Assembly: GCA_031551405.1 (NCBI GenBank)
Contig: JAVBNQ010000012.1
Span: 1 to 46,730, forward strand
Length of the DNA: 46,730 nt
Reading direction: 5' to 3'
DNA from: a bacterium
GTDB lineage: Bacteria > RUG730
Below, piece after piece: positions 1-8,998 of this stretch. The notes beneath the pieces were generated by a model. That model worked only from the letters and a program-made list of their open reading frames with translations, had not been told where the DNA came from and ran no database searches. Both the position numbers and the translations under genes were made by a program. Position 1 is the first letter of the stretch; every line of letters starts with the position of its first letter.

Positions 1-365
1 AAAAAATTAGGCGGGGATTAAATAAGAAAACCCTGCTCGCAACTGTATGAGCGAAACGGAGTGGAGCGAGTTTTGCGAGAAAAAGCTAAGGAAAGGTGTT
101 AGGAAAACCTAACGCTTAGTTTGGTTTTCTTAAGAAAAAGAACGCCTCGCGCGTGGAATAATGAAAATCCAATCGTGAGGACTGAAAAATAAAAAAGTTT
201 TGTAAAAGCAAAAAACGTAAACATTTTTTTGTATTTTTGTGAAATTTTCTGTCTAAAAACGCGTGGCCTTGAGACAAAAAAACGAATTTTTGAGCAAAAA
301 ACGAGGGATTTTTGTTTTGTTTTTTTGATTTAAATTTTGAAAAATATTTTTCGAGAAAAGAAACA
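1..365. repeat. Dispersed structured repeat, subtype A copy 1 (cut by window edge) plus AT-rich tail modules
   Basis: TAGGCGGGG...CTCGCAACTGTATGAGCGAAACGGAGTGGAGCGAGTTTTGCGAG...hairpin...AAAAGAACGCC-tail recurs at about 771, 4842 and 26259. Confidence 0.9.
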
Positions 366-432
366 AGAAAATTTTCAGCTTTATTGTTTTACGCTAGCGA
401 CGTCTGTCTTATTTTTAACAAATTGTTTTTGC

Positions 433-665
433 GAGTCTTGTTCATTTTCTTTTGCTCGGCCAGAAAGAAAATGAACCAAAAGAAAACGACGCCCCAAACA
501 TTCCGGATATAGGTAAAAATTTTCAAAAAACTTAAAATTTCCAAAACTCGCCACAGAAAATTGGGCTCAAACAGTTGAAAATTTCTTAACAGTTTTCCAA
601 AAATTTTTCCACTTTCCTACATGATGGGGTTTTTAAAAAATTGCTCAGCAATTTTTAGAGATAAA
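433..665. repeat. Dispersed structured repeat, subtype B copy 1
   Basis: Hairpin GTTCATTTTCTTTT/GAAAGAAAATGAAC (440-476), then a long imperfect hairpin centred on AAAACTCGCC...GGCTCAAACAG (543-574); recurs at 5174, 25871, 26707 and 42824. Confidence 0.85.
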
Positions 666-770
666 ATCGAAACAAAAAAAACAGAAAAAAACTACAAAAA
701 AAGGCCAAATAATAAACTAAAAATAAAAAAATTATCGTTTTTAAAAAAAGTAAAAATTTGCAAATGATAA

Positions 771-1280
771 AACTTTAGGAAGGGGCAGAAGAATTGGCGG
801 GGGTTAAATAAGAAAACCTTCCTCGCAACTGTATGAGCGAAACGGAGCGAAACGGAGTGAAGCGAGTTTTGCGAGGAAAAGCCTAGGAAAAGCTCGAAAA
901 ACCTACGGCTTTGGAGTTGGTTTTTCGAAAAAAAAACGCCTCTAGTTAAAGTTCGAGCTTAAAAGTGCGTGGACTTGAAGCGAAAAATGAAGTTTTGAGT
1001 AAAAAAACGTCGGATTTTGATATTGTTTTTTTTTATTTAAGTTAAAAAAATATTTTTCGAGAAAAAGAACGCCGCACATGTGGAAAATAAAAATTCCATC
1101 GTGAGGGCTGAAAGATAAAAAAGTTTTGTAAAAGCAAAAAAACGTGAACATTTTTTGTATTTTTGTTAAATTTTCTGTCTAAAAACGCGTGGACTCGATA
1201 CGAAAAAACGAATTTTTGATAAAAAAAACTGAAAATATATTTTCCTGAAATTTTAAATCGATTTTTCTTGTTTTTCAATC
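771..1280. repeat. Subtype A copy 2 with reshuffled tail modules
   Basis: AACTTTAGGAAGG start; core 829-869 with a 10-nt duplication (GCGAAACGGA x2); 960-1062 resembles 255-365; 1062-1280 resembles 26410-26630. Confidence 0.9.
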
Positions 1281-1389
1281 GTGATAGAAAAGAAACAATA
1301 AACTTTTCACTTTTATCGTTTGTCGGATATCAACTGCTATTTGTGTTTTTTATAAAAATTTTCCACGGTCTTTAAACAAACATCCCCGA

Positions 1390-1418
1390 CGTAACATTTT
1401 TCATTACTTTTTGTCTAA
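1390..1418 (+). promoter_or_regulatory. Putative ECF sigma-factor promoter upstream of macB
   Basis: GTAAC-17 nt-GTCTAA; the same motif and spacing occur at 35572-35599. Confidence 0.6.
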
Positions 1419-1472
1419 ATTTTGTATAAAAATAAAAAAGTTGTATAAAACTTAACAAAATAGGACAAAAAA

Positions 1473-3431
1473 ATGGATAAAAAAAATGCTCCTTTGCTCG
1501 AAATAAAAAATATAACAAAGGTTTACAATCTCGGCGAGACTAAACTCGAAATTTTGAAAGGCGTGAATTTAACGATCGAGGAAGGCGATTTCGTCGCGAT
1601 CATGGGCCCGTCTGGATCGGGAAAAAGTACGTTAATGCATATCCTTGGGCTTTTTGACCAACCGACATCTGGCGAGTACAAAATTTACGGGCAAAACGTT
1701 CTAAATTTTAACGACGATCAAACCGCTTACTTACGCTCAAAACTCATTGGTTTTGTTTTCCAGCAATACAATCTTTTGCCGAGAATGACAGCTTTGGATA
1801 ATGTCGCTTTACCTCTCATCTATTCTCGAGGAACTAATCGAGACGAACGCGCGACAAAACTTTTAACTGATGTTTGGCTCGACGAAAGACTCGATCATAA
1901 ACCAAACCAACTATCAGGCGGACAGCAGCAGCGCGTCGCAATCGCCAGATCTCTCGTCAATAATCCGAAAATCATTTTTGCCGATGAACCAACCGGAAAT
2001 TTGGCCTCTGTTCAATCAAACGAAATTATGCAAATTTTGAAAGATTTGAACCGGCAAGGAATTAGCGTGATTCTAGTGACTCACGAGCAAGATATCGCGG
2101 ATTGGGCAAACAGAGTCATCACGATAAAAGACGGACAAATCCTCGCGGATGAAAGAAAATCTGAATTAATCCAATTAAACAAAGAACCTCTCACCATAAA
2201 ACAAGAATCAGCAGGATTTACTTTTGCTGAATTCAAAGAAAATTTTTTGTCAGCCATCCGTTCAATTGTCTCGAACAAAACGCGTTCTATTCTGACAATG
2301 CTCGGCGTGATAATCGGTGTTGCGTCTATTATCGCGATGTTGGCTTTGGGGAAAGGCGCACAAATATCGCTGGAAGAAAAAATCAAAAGCATGGGCGCGA
2401 ACATAGTAACATTGATGCCTGGAAGAATCCAAGTGAAAGGCGTTTCTAGCTCAGAATTTCGTAGAATCACGATTGACGACGCATACTACCTCGCTCAAAA
2501 CGAAGATCTCATTAAAAACGTAGATCCAAATGTTCGTCAGTCCTTACAAGTCGTTTACAAAAACAAAAACACGAAAACAGATATTCTCGGGACAACGTCG
2601 GCTTATGAAAGCATGCAAAATGCGACACCAATGTACGGACGATTTTTCACAAAAAGTGAGAACGAGAGAATAGCAAAAGTCGCTCTTCTCGGACAAACTG
2701 TAATAAAAAACTTGTTTGGAGATGAAAATCCTGTCGGGAAATACATAAAAATCGATCGGAAAAAATTTCTTGTTGTCGGAGTGCTGCCATTCAAAGGAGC
2801 GTCCGGACCTTGGGATCAAGACGACAAAATAATTGTCCCAATAAAAACTGCGATGAAACGACTTTTTGGCGGGCAATACATCAATTCGATAGTCCTCGAA
2901 GCAAAAGAAGGCAAAACTGACGAAGTACAAAAATATGCGCTTACTGCAATGCTCGAGAGATATCGCCTCGGGATAAACCAACTCGACTCTTTCAGAATCC
3001 GAACTACAGCTGATATGATCGAAATGCTCTCAACAACGACAAAGACAATGACTCTTCTTTTAGGCGCTGTGGCAGGAATTTCGCTTATAGTTGGCGGTAT
3101 CGGGATCATGAACATAATGCTCGTAAGCGTGAGCGAAAGAACTCGCGAAATCGGTTTACGAAAAGCTATCGGCGCAACAAAAAAAGCTGTGTTGTTGCAA
3201 TTTTTGATTGAATCTGCTTTTCTGTCGGTTTTAGGCGGAGTTATCGGAATTATCTTGGGAATGTTTGCGTCGATATTAATCGCAAAAGTTGCAGGCTGGA
3301 CTCTCGTAGTTTCGAACATTTCGATATTTTTATCAGTTGGATTTTCTGTCGGAATTGGAATAATTTTTGGATTTTGGCCGGCAAAAAAAGCCTCGGAACT
3401 TTCGCCGATCGAGGCGTTGAGAAGCGACTAA
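1473..3431 (+). CDS. macB: MacB-family ABC exporter, fused ATPase and permease
   Basis: Walker [18 protein letters not shown] signature, ADEPTGNL, periplasmic domain, C-terminal FtsX-type TMs (GIMNIMLVSVSERTREIG...PIEALR). Confidence 0.93.
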   Translation: MDKKNAPLLEIKNITKVYNLGETKLEILKGVNLTIEEGDFVAIMGPSGSGKSTLMHILGLFDQPTSGEYKIYGQNVLNFNDDQTAYLRSKLIGFVFQQYNLLPRMTALDNVALPLIYSRGTNRDERATKLLTDVWLDERLDHKPNQLSGGQQQRVAIARSLVNNPKIIFADEPTGNLASVQSNEIMQILKDLNRQGISVILVTHEQDIADWANRVITIKDGQILADERKSELIQLNKEPLTIKQESAGFTFAEFKENFLSAIRSIVSNKTRSILTMLGVIIGVASIIAMLALGKGAQISLEEKIKSMGANIVTLMPGRIQVKGVSSSEFRRITIDDAYYLAQNEDLIKNVDPNVRQSLQVVYKNKNTKTDILGTTSAYESMQNATPMYGRFFTKSENERIAKVALLGQTVIKNLFGDENPVGKYIKIDRKKFLVVGVLPFKGASGPWDQDDKIIVPIKTAMKRLFGGQYINSIVLEAKEGKTDEVQKYALTAMLERYRLGINQLDSFRIRTTADMIEMLSTTTKTMTLLLGAVAGISLIVGGIGIMNIMLVSVSERTREIGLRKAIGATKKAVLLQFLIESAFLSVLGGVIGIILGMFASILIAKVAGWTLVVSNISIFLSVGFSVGIGIIFGFWPAKKASELSPIEALRSD

Positions 3432-3465
3432 TGTATTCTTTATCTTTAACGAATAAAACCAAAAA

Positions 3466-3825
3466 ATGCTAAACAAAAATATTTTAAAAAAAATAAAAAA
3501 ACTCAATAATTACAACAAATCGTATAATTCGCATTTTGTCACGATAAAAAATTTTGTAATAAATCACAAGACGAATATTGCGTTAATCGTTATTTTATTC
3601 TTTTTTATTTTTAATTTTACATTTTTTAAAATCTGGCGCGGCTACAAGCAGCAACTTTCTCTCTTGCAAAAAACGCAAATTTTGCATAATGAAATCCGAG
3701 ATTTGGAAACCCAAATAAAAATCTTGCACGAAGATAACGAATACATTGAGCTTTTAGCTCGCAAAAAGCTAGGCTTGATAAAAAGTGGCGAAACAATTTA
3801 CAGATTTAGCGAAATAAATGAATAA
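3466..3825 (+). CDS. Septum formation initiator FtsB/DivIC family protein (start uncertain)
   Basis: One TM segment, coiled coil, C-terminal YIELLARKKLGLIKSGETIY motif. Confidence 0.8.
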   Translation: MLNKNILKKIKKLNNYNKSYNSHFVTIKNFVINHKTNIALIVILFFFIFNFTFFKIWRGYKQQLSLLQKTQILHNEIRDLETQIKILHEDNEYIELLARKKLGLIKSGETIYRFSEINE

Positions 3826-4579
3826 ATCGGGAAAAATTTTAGTTTTTGCAGCAGACTTTTTCGAAATAAAACAGATTTTGCAAGCGTTAAAACGTACAAA
3901 AAACTGGAATTTTCAAAAAATAAATTCAAAAAAATTCGTATTTTTTAAAGCACAAAAAAATTCCTCTGAAATAACATTTTGTTTGACAGGAATCGGCAAA
4001 AAAAACGCAACTAAAAACACTCGTTATTCCCTGAAAAAAAACGTTTTTGAGTTTGATAAAATTTTTTTCATTGGCCTAGCAGGCGCAATAGATCCGTATT
4101 TAAAAATAGGCGCTATCGTATCGCCAAATGCAGTTTTTCACGCGCAAAATCCTACTCAAACAATAAATTTTACCAACGGACAAAGTGTTCTGGCTACCTC
4201 TGATTTTCCGCTTTTGTCGTCGCAAGAAAAAAGTCAATATCATGCAAGCATCGTCGATATGGAAACTTTTTTTTCTATTACGGAAATCTTAAAATTTACA
4301 GATCCGGCAACTCATAAAAATATTTTATCGAAAATCAGTATTTTAAAAGCTGTAAGCGACGATCTTAATTTCCGATTTCCCGAAAATTTCGAATCAAATA
4401 ATCAAATCTTTACGACTTTATGCTCACAAAAAAACTGCTTTGCAAAAATTTTTAAATTAATCAAAATAATTTTAACAAAACCAAATCTAAGCTTCATTCT
4501 CGCAAATTTACACATCTACAAAAATTCTCAAAAAGCTATAAAAAATTTAACGAAAATTTTGATGGAAAAATTAAATTAA
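3818..4579 (+). CDS. Nucleoside phosphorylase / MTA-SAH nucleosidase-like protein, divergent
   Basis: TGIGKKNA, IGLAGAIDPYLKIG, VDMET and KAVSD motifs of the PNP_UDP_1 fold. Confidence 0.65.
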   Translation: MNKSGKILVFAADFFEIKQILQALKRTKNWNFQKINSKKFVFFKAQKNSSEITFCLTGIGKKNATKNTRYSLKKNVFEFDKIFFIGLAGAIDPYLKIGAIVSPNAVFHAQNPTQTINFTNGQSVLATSDFPLLSSQEKSQYHASIVDMETFFSITEILKFTDPATHKNILSKISILKAVSDDLNFRFPENFESNNQIFTTLCSQKNCFAKIFKLIKIILTKPNLSFILANLHIYKNSQKAIKNLTKILMEKLN

Positions 4580-4841
4580 TTGCTCTAAATTTTGTAAAGA
4601 TCGCAAAAAAATGTTAAGCTAAACCAAACATTAATCGAAGTGTAATCAATACATCAAGACGAAAAAAATTTCATAACAAAAAAATTCCACTTTTCTGAAC
4701 GGACTGCGGATTTGTTTTTCAATAAATTTTAGAAACTAAAAATAAAACAAGAAAAAAAATAAAAAATATCGCGATATTGATAAAATTAAAACAGAAATTT
4801 TGAAGCAAAACTTTTGAAAGAATCTAAAAGTTCAACGAGGG

Positions 4842-5080
4842 AACTTTAGGAAGGGGCAGAAAAATTAGGCGGGGGTGAGAAGTAAAAAAACCTTGCTCGC
4901 AGCTTGTATGAGCGAAACGGAGTGAAGCGAGTTCTGCGAGAAAAAGCCTAGGAAAAGCTCGAAAAACCTAAGGCTTTGGAGTTGGTTTTTCGAGAAAAAA
5001 GAACGCCGCGTTCGGAAAAAATGAAAATCCTAACGTGTTGACGGAAAAATAAAAAAATTTTGTCGAAGTAAAAAAACAGG
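4842..5080. repeat. Subtype A copy 3
   Basis: AACTTTAGGAAGGGGCAG...CTCGCAGCTTGTATGAGC...GCGAGTTCTGCGAG...TCGAAAAACC/GGTTTTTCGA hairpin, followed by tail. Confidence 0.9.
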
Positions 5081-5173
5081 AAAATTTTGGTTTTGTTCTC
5101 TTAAAAACTTTTCAATTTTTGTCTAAACTCTCAAGACAGTCATCTTTTTTTAACAAAAGTCTATCAAATTATT

Positions 5174-5492
5174 AGTTTGTACTTTTTTTGCTCGCCCATA
5201 AAAAAGTACCAAAAAAACGGCGCCCACGCTCGTGATATAGGAACAAAATTTCTCAAAAATCTAAATTTCTAAAGAGACTCGCAGCCCAAAAAGGGGCTCA
5301 AACAAGTTTAGAAATTTCAAACGATTTTTTGAAAATTTTACTCACTTTCACTCACGAAGGGTTTTCGAAAAATTGCCAAAGCAATTTTTAAATGTAGAAA
5401 ATTTAAAATATATTTTAACGCTTTTTCGAAATTTTGTCTCACTTTCGCTCATAAAAAGGCCCTTTAAAAAAATTGCACCAATTTTTAGAGAC
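5174..5492. repeat. Subtype B copy 2 with tandemly duplicated right arm
   Basis: GTACTTTTTT/AAAAAAGTAC hairpin; core GACTCGC...GCTCAAACA at 5276-5304; the CTCACTTTC...AAAAATTG...CAATTTTTA block occurs twice. Confidence 0.8.
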
Positions 5493-5563
5493 AAAAAAAC
5501 AAAAAACGTAAATGTAAATTCTCTAAATTTTATCCGAAAACATAAAATCAAAAAGAGCCAAAA

Positions 5564-6280
5564 TTGAAAGAAATACTAAAAAAAATTATTGACGAAGATA
5601 TTTTTGAAAACGGCATTGACATTCTTATAGACAAAAACCAAAAAAACGATTTTACAAATATTTTAGACGCAAAAGCTGTCAAAAAAGCCAGCCTCGAAAA
5701 CCTAAAAAAAAACTACAAAAATTGTAAAAATTGTAACTTATTTACAACCAGAAAAAACGTAATATTTGGAGAAGGCGACGCTAATGCAAAAATTATGATT
5801 ATTATCGAAGCTCCCTTAGAAGAAGAAGATACTGCGGACAAAACGTTTGTTGGAGAAAAAAGTGTTCTTTTCACAAAAATGCTTGAGGCTATCGCTATAA
5901 AAAGAGAGGCAATTTTTTTAACTAACGTCGTAAAATGTTTCCCTCACAATATCGAAAATCAAAAGAAAATTTATCGAACTCCGACTAGAAAAGAACTTGA
6001 TTCGTGTCGTGAAATTTGGGAAAAAGAGCTGAAAATTATCAAACCAAAATTAATCATCACAATGGGAAATACTAGTCTGAAAACACTTTTGGGAGAAAAT
6101 GCCAACGTACTGGAAATGCGAGGGAAAAAACTTAATTTCAAAAATATTCCACTTATCCCGATTTTTCATCCGGCGTATTTGCTGAGAGAAATTGGTTCGA
6201 AAAAATTAGCGTGGGAAGATCTGAAAATAATAAGACGGTTTTTAGACGAATACTGCGTACAGCAAAACTTGTCTGACTAA
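5564..6280 (+). CDS. Uracil-DNA glycosylase family 4 (Fe-S type)
   Basis: CKNC...RKNVIFGEG, EAP, FVG, TNVVKC, later Cys, FHPAYLLR; TTG start. Confidence 0.85.
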   Translation: MKEILKKIIDEDIFENGIDILIDKNQKNDFTNILDAKAVKKASLENLKKNYKNCKNCNLFTTRKNVIFGEGDANAKIMIIIEAPLEEEDTADKTFVGEKSVLFTKMLEAIAIKREAIFLTNVVKCFPHNIENQKKIYRTPTRKELDSCREIWEKELKIIKPKLIITMGNTSLKTLLGENANVLEMRGKKLNFKNIPLIPIFHPAYLLREIGSKKLAWEDLKIIRRFLDEYCVQQNLSD

Positions 6281-6379
6281 AAATTCTCGTTCTAAGGCCC
6301 GATATATTTCCAGACATAATCGAGCTCAAAAAAACCTTCGGCTCTGCATAGATTTTCAAAACAATTTCAGCAAAATTAA

Positions 6380-7309
6380 ATGAGGAAAACCTTGAACATT
6401 TACGAGAACAAAGATATAAAAAATTTAACTGCTTTAAAAATTGGCGGAACTGTAAAAAAATTTTATACGCCTAAAAATCTCGAAGAACTTCAAAACTTCT
6501 TTAAAGGCCTAATTTCCGACGACAAAGATAAAATAAAAATTTTAGGTTCCGGCACAAACATTTTAGTACAAGACGAAGAAATACTCGATTTTAACGTCAT
6601 AAAACTTGAAGGCGAATTTGCTCAAATATCGATCTCAAAAACGGAATTAAAAGCCGGAGCAGGAGCTTTTCTTCCAAATTTTATAAAAAAATTTATTGCG
6701 TCTGGAGTCGGAGGGCTGGAAATTTTAGCCGGTATTCCGGGAACAATCGGCGGCGCTATCTCAGGAAACGCAGGTTCAAAATATGGAAATATTCTGGATT
6801 TTGTAGAACAGATAAAAACCATGGATTATGATGGGAATATCGAAATTTTGCGAAAAAAAAATCTTGTTTTTGGTTACAGAAAACTCGTTTTTCCAAAGCC
6901 GTGCATAATTTGTGAAGTGATTTTTGATACAGCAAAATTTAAAGCTGAAAATCCAAATGATATCAAAAAAAATTACGATAAAATATTAAAAGAAAAAATT
7001 GCGTCTCAGCCGTATAATTGCAGGACGATTGGATGCATTTTTAAAAATCCGGAAAATACGTTTAGCGGAAAATTAATCGATGATGCGAATCTAAAAAATA
7101 CTAAAGTCGGAAATATTCGAATTTCCGAAAAACACGCAAATTTTTTTATAGCGGAAAACGACGCAAAATTTAAAGATTTTATGGATTTAATTTATCGAGT
7201 AAAAAATAAAATAAAAGATTTAAATGACATCGAGTTAGAGCTCGAAATTAAAATTTGGCAAAATGTTTCACAAGAAACAAATTTTAACCAAACGAGGGAA
7301 GGCAAATGA
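6380..7309 (+). CDS. murB: UDP-N-acetylenolpyruvoylglucosamine reductase
   Basis: LGSGTNILV, GIPGTIGGA, GCIFKNP, SEKHANF, LELEI. Confidence 0.93.
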   Translation: MRKTLNIYENKDIKNLTALKIGGTVKKFYTPKNLEELQNFFKGLISDDKDKIKILGSGTNILVQDEEILDFNVIKLEGEFAQISISKTELKAGAGAFLPNFIKKFIASGVGGLEILAGIPGTIGGAISGNAGSKYGNILDFVEQIKTMDYDGNIEILRKKNLVFGYRKLVFPKPCIICEVIFDTAKFKAENPNDIKKNYDKILKEKIASQPYNCRTIGCIFKNPENTFSGKLIDDANLKNTKVGNIRISEKHANFFIAENDAKFKDFMDLIYRVKNKIKDLNDIELELEIKIWQNVSQETNFNQTREGK

Positions 7310-8091
7310 AATTAATGTTTATTGGCGATATATTCGGGAGTGCGGGCCGCGAAATCTTGACGAAAAAATTAAGCAATATTATCGAGAAAACCTCCATCGA
7401 CATTGTGATAGCTAATGCTGAAAATGCTGCTGCCGGATTTGGTCTAACGCCTGATACCGCAAATGAAATTTTTGCAGCCGGCGTCGACGTGATTACGATG
7501 GGAAACCATGTTTGGGACAAAAAAGAAATCCTGTCAATCCTAGACGACAGACGTATTGTCAGGCCGCTCAATTATCCTGGAAGCGAAACCCCTGGACGCG
7601 GGTTCACGATCGCGATCACAAAAAAAGGCGTGAAAGTCGGGATAATAAATTTGATGGGAAGAACTTTTATGACGCCGCTCGATTGTCCGTTCAAAACTGC
7701 TGAAAAAATTTTGCCGGAATTGAAAGAAAAAACAGATGTTGTAATAGTCGATTTTCATGCAGAGGCTACTTCTGAAAAAAAAGCGCTCGGTTATTTTTTA
7801 GACGGAAAAGTGGCCGGAGTTTTAGGCACACACACCCACATATCGACAGCTGATGAGACGATTTTTGAAAATGGTACTGCCTATATTACAGATGTTGGAA
7901 TGACTGGAGCACACGATTCTGTACTCGGAGTCAAAAAAGAAACAATTATCCAAAGATTTTTAACGCAAATGCCTTTAAAATATGAACTTGCGACGGAAAA
8001 TATTTGTATTGAAAGCGTTTTGGTTGAAATCGATGAAAAAACCGGAAAAGCTATTTCTATTAAACGAATGAGGGAAAGAAATGGAAACTGA
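7306..8091 (+). CDS. ymdB: YmdB-family metallophosphoesterase
   Basis: GDIFG, NAENAA, TMGNH, DFHAEATSEK, GTHTH, TDVGMTG. Confidence 0.92.
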   Translation: MKLMFIGDIFGSAGREILTKKLSNIIEKTSIDIVIANAENAAAGFGLTPDTANEIFAAGVDVITMGNHVWDKKEILSILDDRRIVRPLNYPGSETPGRGFTIAITKKGVKVGIINLMGRTFMTPLDCPFKTAEKILPELKEKTDVVIVDFHAEATSEKKALGYFLDGKVAGVLGTHTHISTADETIFENGTAYITDVGMTGAHDSVLGVKKETIIQRFLTQMPLKYELATENICIESVLVEIDEKTGKAISIKRMRERNGN

Positions 8092-8950
8092 AATCTCAAA
8101 TAATATTTTAAGTGGAAAAGAAGTAGCGGATTTTGTAAAAAATCAAATAAAATCTGAGCTAAAAATTATTGAGAAAAATAATGCGAGAAAGCCTTGTCTT
8201 GCTGTAATTCTCGTCGGAGAAGACCCAGCATCAAAAGTTTATGTTGCGAATAAACAAAAAACTTGCGACGAGCTCGGGTTCGTGAGCAAAGTTTACAGAC
8301 TTGCAGCTGAAACATCGCAAAAAGAATTGCTCGAGCTGATCGAAGAATTAAACGCTGATAAAACCGTCGATGGGATCCTGACGCAAATGCCTCTGCCGCA
8401 GCATATTTCAGAAAACGAGGTGATTAACAAAATCGATCCTCTCAAAGATGTCGATTGTTTTCACCCTGAAAATATTGGGCTCATGTTCAGCAATCATGCA
8501 AGATTTTTGCCATGTACACCGTTTGGGATTTTGGAACTTCTCGACTTCAAAAAAATCAATCTTAAAGGCAAAAACGTTGTAATCATCGGACGCAGCAATA
8601 TCGTCGGGAAACCTGCCGCGATTTTGTTCTTGCAGAAGAACGCGACTGTCACGATTTGCCATTCTAAAACTTTGGATTTGGAGAAGATAGCGAGTCAAGC
8701 GGATATTTTGGTTGTTGCTATCGGTAAAGCAAGATTCGTCACAGAAAATATGATAAAAAAAGGCGCGATAGTAATCGATGTTGGAATGAATCGAGAAGAC
8801 GGAAAATTATTCGGAGACGTTGATTTTGCAAATGTAGCAAAAAAAACGAGTCTTATCACTCCAGTGCCAGGGGGCGTCGGACTTATGACGATTGCGATGC
8901 TCATGAAAAATACGCTAATTGCTTATAAAATACACGAAAAATTGATTTAA
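8081..8950 (+). CDS. folD: Methylenetetrahydrofolate dehydrogenase/cyclohydrolase
   Basis: KDVDCFHP, PCTP, GRSNIVGKP, TPVPGGVG. Confidence 0.96.
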   Translation: METEISNNILSGKEVADFVKNQIKSELKIIEKNNARKPCLAVILVGEDPASKVYVANKQKTCDELGFVSKVYRLAAETSQKELLELIEELNADKTVDGILTQMPLPQHISENEVINKIDPLKDVDCFHPENIGLMFSNHARFLPCTPFGILELLDFKKINLKGKNVVIIGRSNIVGKPAAILFLQKNATVTICHSKTLDLEKIASQADILVVAIGKARFVTENMIKKGAIVIDVGMNREDGKLFGDVDFANVAKKTSLITPVPGGVGLMTIAMLMKNTLIAYKIHEKLI

Positions 8951-8998
8951 TTTCACAATTTTTTTCACAATTATTTTGTTAATTTAGGTTTAATTTCT

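Noticed and set aside
43-57. Hammerhead ribozyme-like string CTGTATGAGCGAAAC in subtype A
   Set aside because: It has an extra base in CUGAUGA and no stem II. GAAAC lies in the variable loop and is absent in copy 4 and in all B copies.
312-1278. Short ORFs within repeat clusters (also 5348-5567, 25728-26913, 42793-43008)
   Set aside because: Low-complexity F/K-rich translations of A/T runs; frames are not conserved between repeat copies
1-1300. CRISPR array or tRNA/rRNA interpretation of the repeats
   Set aside because: Units are long, irregularly spaced and inverted relative to each other. There are no unique constant-length spacers, no cas genes and no cloverleaf.
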